Source: Promethearchaeati archaeon (lineage in GTDB: Archaea; Asgardarchaeota; Heimdallarchaeia; JABLTI01). From it: a stretch of 10,522 nucleotides of DNA. Positions within the stretch are counted from its first letter, which is position 1; each line of letters opens with the position of its first letter. Shown piece by piece: positions 6,903 through 10,522 of this stretch. Made by a program: the position numbers and the translations under genes. The stretch covers positions 1-10,522 of the forward strand of contig JABLTI010000099.1 of assembly GCA_013166835.1 (NCBI GenBank), read 5' to 3'. The notes beneath the pieces were generated by a model. That model was not told where the DNA came from, did not search any database, and saw nothing but the letters and a program-made list of their open reading frames with translations.

Positions 6903-7315
6903 AAATCAAAAATATTCATCATGTTGGTATAGCTGTTCCTTCTATAGAAGAAGCTCTAAAATTCCACCTAGAAGCTTTGGGGATGAAGCAAGTAACTGAT
7001 ATTGTTTTTGACGAATTACAGAAAGTAAAAGTTGTATTGTTGAGTCCAGAGGAAACAAATCATGAGAATTACAGCTATGTTGAGTTAGTGGAATCTGTAG
7101 GATCTTCACCTGTTGATCAAATACTGAAGCAAAGAAATCATCTTTATCATTATTGTATAGAAGTGTCAAACTTAGAAGAAACTCTTGAAAAAGTACGGAA
7201 AGAACATGCAATTATTGTTTTACCTCCTACACCTGCGAAACTTTTCAATGACAGAAGAATAGCTTTTATATGGACACCAGCTCAATACTTGCTAGAATTT
7301 TTGGAAAAGGGTTAA
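6899..7315 (+). CDS. VOC-superfamily protein, methylmalonyl-CoA epimerase-like
   Basis: IHHVGIAV, YVELVE, LYHYCIEV and LLEFLE give the H/E/H/E metal and catalytic pattern. GTGA overlap with the acyltransferase stop. Confidence 0.88.
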   Translation: MKIKNIHHVGIAVPSIEEALKFHLEALGMKQVTDIVFDELQKVKVVLLSPEETNHENYSYVELVESVGSSPVDQILKQRNHLYHYCIEVSNLEETLEKVRKEHAIIVLPPTPAKLFNDRRIAFIWTPAQYLLEFLEKG

Positions 7316-7418
7316 GATAAGCAATTGTGCTTTCCTAAAATCATCAGTTCGAATAAATAAAATAAGAAATAGAGCGAAGCCAATAAAGGCAATAACGATT
7401 CGATATAAGCTATCATGC

Positions 7419-7574
7419 TTAAACTTTCAAGTTGTTTCTTTGCCAATGTCTTCGTTTGGGATGTTGTCTAACATTTCCGCTAGTTTTCATTACAACCCAA
7501 GTTGGGACACCTCTAGCTCGTCTTGCTGCTTTTGCCATTCTAAGTTTTTTTGGATATGGTTTATTTCTAGCCAT
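7419..7574 (-). CDS. rpl39e: 50S ribosomal protein L39e (eL39); absent from the ORF track
   Basis: My translation: [51 protein letters not shown] (51 aa), with the VPxWVxxKT and RRHW signatures. Confidence 0.97.
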   Translation of the reverse strand: MARNKPYPKKLRMAKAARRARGVPTWVVMKTSGNVRQHPKRRHWQRNNLKV

Positions 7575-7589
7575 GTTGTTGTCCTTCTC

Positions 7590-7928
7590 TTACTTTCTTT
7601 TAAATTCAATGGTACTTTCTCTTTTACCCGATTGAAGCTTCTTTAAAATATCTATTAATTGTTCTTCTGTAATCGGACCTGGTAAATTACTCCTTGAAGC
7701 TATAGTAATCAACTGATTCTCTATGCTTTCCGCGAAATCCGGACGAGCCATACGAATGTTTGCTAATCGGTCTCTCGCTTTCGGAGTTAGGATCTGCCTT
7801 AGGATCATTGCTTTTTGGGCATCAATTTCTGCTTTTTTAGCAGCAACATCTGATTGAGCTTCTGCTTGCGATTGGATTTCAGCTTCTCTTTTTTTGCGCA
7901 ATTCTTCAAGCTCGCGATCTTCAGACAT
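7590..7928 (-). CDS. PDCD5/TFAR19-family DNA-binding protein (MTH1615-like)
   Basis: ELEELRKKR...ILRQILTPKARDRLANIRMARPDFAESIENQLI...ITEEQL. It sits in the usual position between rps19e and rpl39e. ATG at 7928 is preferred; the GTG at 7937 falls in the SD-like GTGAT. Confidence 0.95.
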   Translation of the reverse strand: MSEDRELEELRKKREAEIQSQAEAQSDVAAKKAEIDAQKAMILRQILTPKARDRLANIRMARPDFAESIENQLITIASRSNLPGPITEEQLIDILKKLQSGKRESTIEFKRK

Positions 7929-7960
7929 AATAATCACACATAAATTATGTATTTCTCACA

Positions 7961-8401
7961 CTAATACTTTTTGAGCTCAGGGAATTTCTCTTTAATTAAT
8001 GTCGCCGAGGATTTATCTAGTAAGGAACGCCCTTTAGCTGAGATTGTTCTTCCTTTACGAGATGATGTAATTAATCCTTCTGACTCAAGTTGCTGTAAAG
8101 CTTTACGTATAACAGCACCACTAGCTCTGGTTGATTTTTCTGGACTGTTGCGACCATGTTTTAAACCACCATATGCTTTCCGTAAATGTGAGGTGCCAAT
8201 AGGACCACTAACATAGACTTTTCTTAACAAAGATGCACAACGAACGAACCACCAATCAGGATTTTGTGGGGCGTGCTGCTTAAAGGATCCTGTCTTAACG
8301 TAACTAGCCCATTCAGGGGGAGTAATTTTGTTATACTTCTTAAGTTCGACTGCAATTGTTTGGATTAAATCCTCTGCAGGAACATCGTAAACAGTGGGCA
8401 T
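7961..8401 (-). CDS. rps19e: 30S ribosomal protein S19e (eS19)
   Basis: MPTVYDVPA...PPEWASYVKTG...DWWFVRCASLLRKVY...GPIG...YGG...SGAVIRKALQQLE...GRTISAKGRSLLD. Confidence 0.98.
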   Translation of the reverse strand: MPTVYDVPAEDLIQTIAVELKKYNKITPPEWASYVKTGSFKQHAPQNPDWWFVRCASLLRKVYVSGPIGTSHLRKAYGGLKHGRNSPEKSTRASGAVIRKALQQLESEGLITSSRKGRTISAKGRSLLDKSSATLIKEKFPELKKY

Positions 8402-8443
8402 GTGAATATAACCTTCGAATTTATTTCAATTTGACTTCTCTGC

Positions 8444-9079
8444 CTATGCTCCGAGCCTTCTCTTCTTCGAGGTGGTTGCCCTCTCCGAGTCAGCATTGTT
8501 CATGGTCAGAGATAGATGCGTCTCAGCATCTTTGACATGTATAAAGACTTCTTCTTTATGCTTTGCCGATTGTGAGACTTTACCTTTATAATTCTTTCTT
8601 TTAATAGTTATTTTCTCGTTTTTGATTGTGAGTTTCCCAGAGTAGTAATCGTTTATCGCCAAGTTCACCATCATGAGTAAGTGGTTTCGGAGACTGTTGT
8701 GACCATAGTTCAATGATTCTACTAATCGTCTTAATTCCTTTGATTGATAAATGTAATTATAGAGTTTGAAAGCGGAATGTTGATTTTGCTCGATTGCTTG
8801 TGCTAATTGCTGGAAATCTATTTCACCTTTTTCTTTATCGTAACGACCTATCCTCTTGTATGGTTTCTTCCGACAAATGAGGGAAGCGAGGATGTCAGGA
8901 AAGCACTCCCGTAATTGGTAAGCGATTTCCTCAGCTGAATACAATGGTAAGGAGACATTGGTTTCGGGATTGAAGAGCGTCCAGGAAAGAAAACGAAGCT
9001 CGGAGCGAGTGAATCTGTATTTTGGGAGGGTTTGAGGATTGACCACACTATACTTGTGCCACGATGCTTCACTATCCAA
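8444..9079 (-). CDS. Hypothetical protein (211 aa, basic C-terminal tail)
   Basis: Long ORF that fills the gap and is co-oriented with its neighbours. SD-like GGTGA lies 7 nt before the TTG. No family recognised. Confidence 0.65.
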   Translation of the reverse strand: MDSEASWHKYSVVNPQTLPKYRFTRSELRFLSWTLFNPETNVSLPLYSAEEIAYQLRECFPDILASLICRKKPYKRIGRYDKEKGEIDFQQLAQAIEQNQHSAFKLYNYIYQSKELRRLVESLNYGHNSLRNHLLMMVNLAINDYYSGKLTIKNEKITIKRKNYKGKVSQSAKHKEEVFIHVKDAETHLSLTMNNADSERATTSKKRRLGA

Positions 9080-9178
9080 GGAGAACTCACCAACAAATAG
9101 TTGGAGAGGGGACTAAATAAACACCAAGAAAGAAAAAAATTTTAAAGATAATCTTATTTATACAATTTCTATTTAAAA

Positions 9179-10114
9179 TTAATCTGCTTTTTGCTTCTTC
9201 TTTTTTCGATATTTCACGATTACTGGAATACTCACTGCAATAATTATTGTTGGAATAAGCACTGAAGAAACTATCAGTCCAATTGATGACAAGTAATCCT
9301 TATACGTACCAAGAGTATATCTTGGCAACCTGTAACCAACTAATTGATATTGATATTCCAGTGAAACTTTAACTGCTTGATCATTTAGAACACCCATAGT
9401 CCAACCTCGGAATCCAAAACCGGTAACAAGACCCGATACCTTATCAAAAGCAATATGGAAATTATTCCCAAACTCTACTTCTGCAAGATAATCAAAAGAA
9501 TACCCTATTGCAGGTCCATAAACACCACTTATCTCTCCCCCAAGCCAGCTTTCAAAATAAACAATATTATTTTTCTCTGAATATCTATAATTATATTCAA
9601 GTCCGGGATAATCTTGGGATACAGATTCGAAAGCTGAGAGGAAATCCTCTCCTAAATTCTCAAAGAATTCATGATTTTCAGCTGTAGGATTTATGTAGGG
9701 ATAGATGTTGAAATAAAGACCATTAGTGAAATTATGCATAGACCAAAGATAAACTGATCGATACACAATAATAGAGGTGTACCGCATGAAAAAGGGAACG
9801 AGGGTGGTATACCAATTCTCTAAATACCCAATAAAAAAAGATTCATTGCCGATTGTGAAATTCCCATTAATACCCCCTCCAACATAATTAACAGAGAAAT
9901 CTACTTTGGTTTTTGACGGATAATTAGTACCCTTAAAGCGAAATCCCTTTGCTGAGACAAAATTAGAACCAGATGCAAGATAGATTTTTGAATTCGTTAT
10001 TTTGTAAGTAGAGACATCACCAACGCTCAATTGAGAATGAACTGAGAAAGTTTCGGAAAAACAAAAAATACATAGAATGATTATTATTGATAGTAGTTTT
10101 ACTCTTCGCCTCAA
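9179..10114 (-). CDS. Secreted, C-terminally membrane-anchored surface protein (resembles the Heimdallarchaeia choice-of-anchor S family)
   Basis: Signal peptide MRRRVKLLSIIIILCIFCF; beta-rich body (VGDVSTYKI..., FDKVSGLVTG, VGYRLP); C-terminal TM helix plus KYRKKKKQK. The family assignment is from recalled resemblance only. Confidence 0.75.
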   Translation of the reverse strand: MRRRVKLLSIIIILCIFCFSETFSVHSQLSVGDVSTYKITNSKIYLASGSNFVSAKGFRFKGTNYPSKTKVDFSVNYVGGGINGNFTIGNESFFIGYLENWYTTLVPFFMRYTSIIVYRSVYLWSMHNFTNGLYFNIYPYINPTAENHEFFENLGEDFLSAFESVSQDYPGLEYNYRYSEKNNIVYFESWLGGEISGVYGPAIGYSFDYLAEVEFGNNFHIAFDKVSGLVTGFGFRGWTMGVLNDQAVKVSLEYQYQLVGYRLPRYTLGTYKDYLSSIGLIVSSVLIPTIIIAVSIPVIVKYRKKKKQKAD

Positions 10115-10250
10115 AGAAATATCTCCGTTTCCTCAAATTTACTGAATAAACATATAATTAAGTTGAGTAGTAAGTAGTTATTAACCTTTATTAGGTTGCA
10201 TGAACAAAAGCAACGAGGAAACAAATAAAGAAAAAAGTAGTTGACCTGTT

Positions 10251-10345
10251 GAACAGCAAACCAAAAGAAGTAAGAAAACAAACAAAAAAGAACAAAAACA
10301 ACCAAGCAACCAAAAGAAAAACAAAAAAGAAAACAGAAGAAACCG
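10251..10345. repeat. Low-complexity A-rich tract (U-rich on the minus strand)
   Basis: Only one T (10271) in 95 nt of the plus strand; made of irregular AAAC/AAAG units. Confidence 0.85.
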
Positions 10346-10380
10346 TTCCTCTTAGAATGATTTGCGTTCAGAAAGTTTAA

Positions 10381-10395
10381 GGTTTAAATCTTTCG
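10381..10395 (-). promoter_or_regulatory. BRE/TATA candidate
   Basis: Minus strand CGAAAGATTTAAACC, close to the archaeal consensus. A second candidate, GAAAAAGCATTTAAATA, lies near 10449-10465. Confidence 0.5.
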
Positions 10396-10522
10396 TTTAT
10401 ACCGCTTATCACTATATTTTTCTTAGATATAGAACCAAATTTATAATGTATTTAAATGCTTTTTCAATAGTTTCTGTATTTTACTCAGAACTTTTAATTG
10501 TTGGATTGCGAGTATTTAATGC

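Noticed and set aside
6653-7211. Minus-strand ORFs 6653-6922 and 6942-7211
   Set aside because: Antisense to the well-supported LbH and VOC genes.
622-7375. GAAATAGAG 9-mer recurring in three intergenic regions (near 622, 1166 and 7367)
   Set aside because: Short and AT-rich, with inconsistent orientation and position relative to genes; compatible with chance.
2741-7418. Mobile element with att sites or target duplication around the cassette
   Set aside because: No recombinase or tRNA. The only shared junction word I noticed (TAGGAAA) is too short to be meaningful.
7432-8216. Plus-strand ORFs 7432-7635, 7440-7646 and 7971-8216
   Set aside because: Antisense to rpl39e, PDCD5 and rps19e.
8848-9096. 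82-aa alternative-frame ORF
   Set aside because: Overlaps the longer ORF that has a properly spaced SD; no motif.
8444-9115. RNase P or SRP RNA in the more GC-rich stretch upstream of rps19e
   Set aside because: No GAGGAAAGUCC-type P4 strands or SRP helix-8 motif were found, and an open frame with an SD explains the region.
10111-10305. 64-aa Phe/Cys/Leu-rich ORF
   Set aside because: Its composition follows from the T-rich tract, which cannot easily form stop codons. A small membrane peptide is not strictly excluded.

Overview
Archaeal, AT-rich DNA that looks Asgard-like (probably Heimdallarchaeia), judged from the archaeal/eukaryotic-type r-proteins eS19, eL39 and eL31, a PDCD5 homolog, a TFE-beta/RPC34-like Fe-S protein and a choice-of-anchor-S-like surface protein. 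Most genes are on the minus strand. The main feature is a six-gene, bacterial-style acyl-carrier cassette (2817-7315) lying between rpl39e and rpl31e, which are normally adjacent. One arm encodes a CE4 deacetylase, AcpS, FkbH and an ACP; the divergent arm encodes an LbH acyltransferase and a VOC/methylmalonyl-CoA-epimerase-like protein. It plausibly makes and transfers a glyceryl-ACP unit. Other points: rpl39e (7419-7574) and rlmE (left edge) are missing from the ORF track; rlmE has an intact body but no canonical in-frame start; a perfect palindromic operator lies upstream of an orphan ECF S-component; the deacetylase looks circularly permuted; and there is a long U-rich tract near the right end. 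All calls come from motif recognition by eye; no searches were run.
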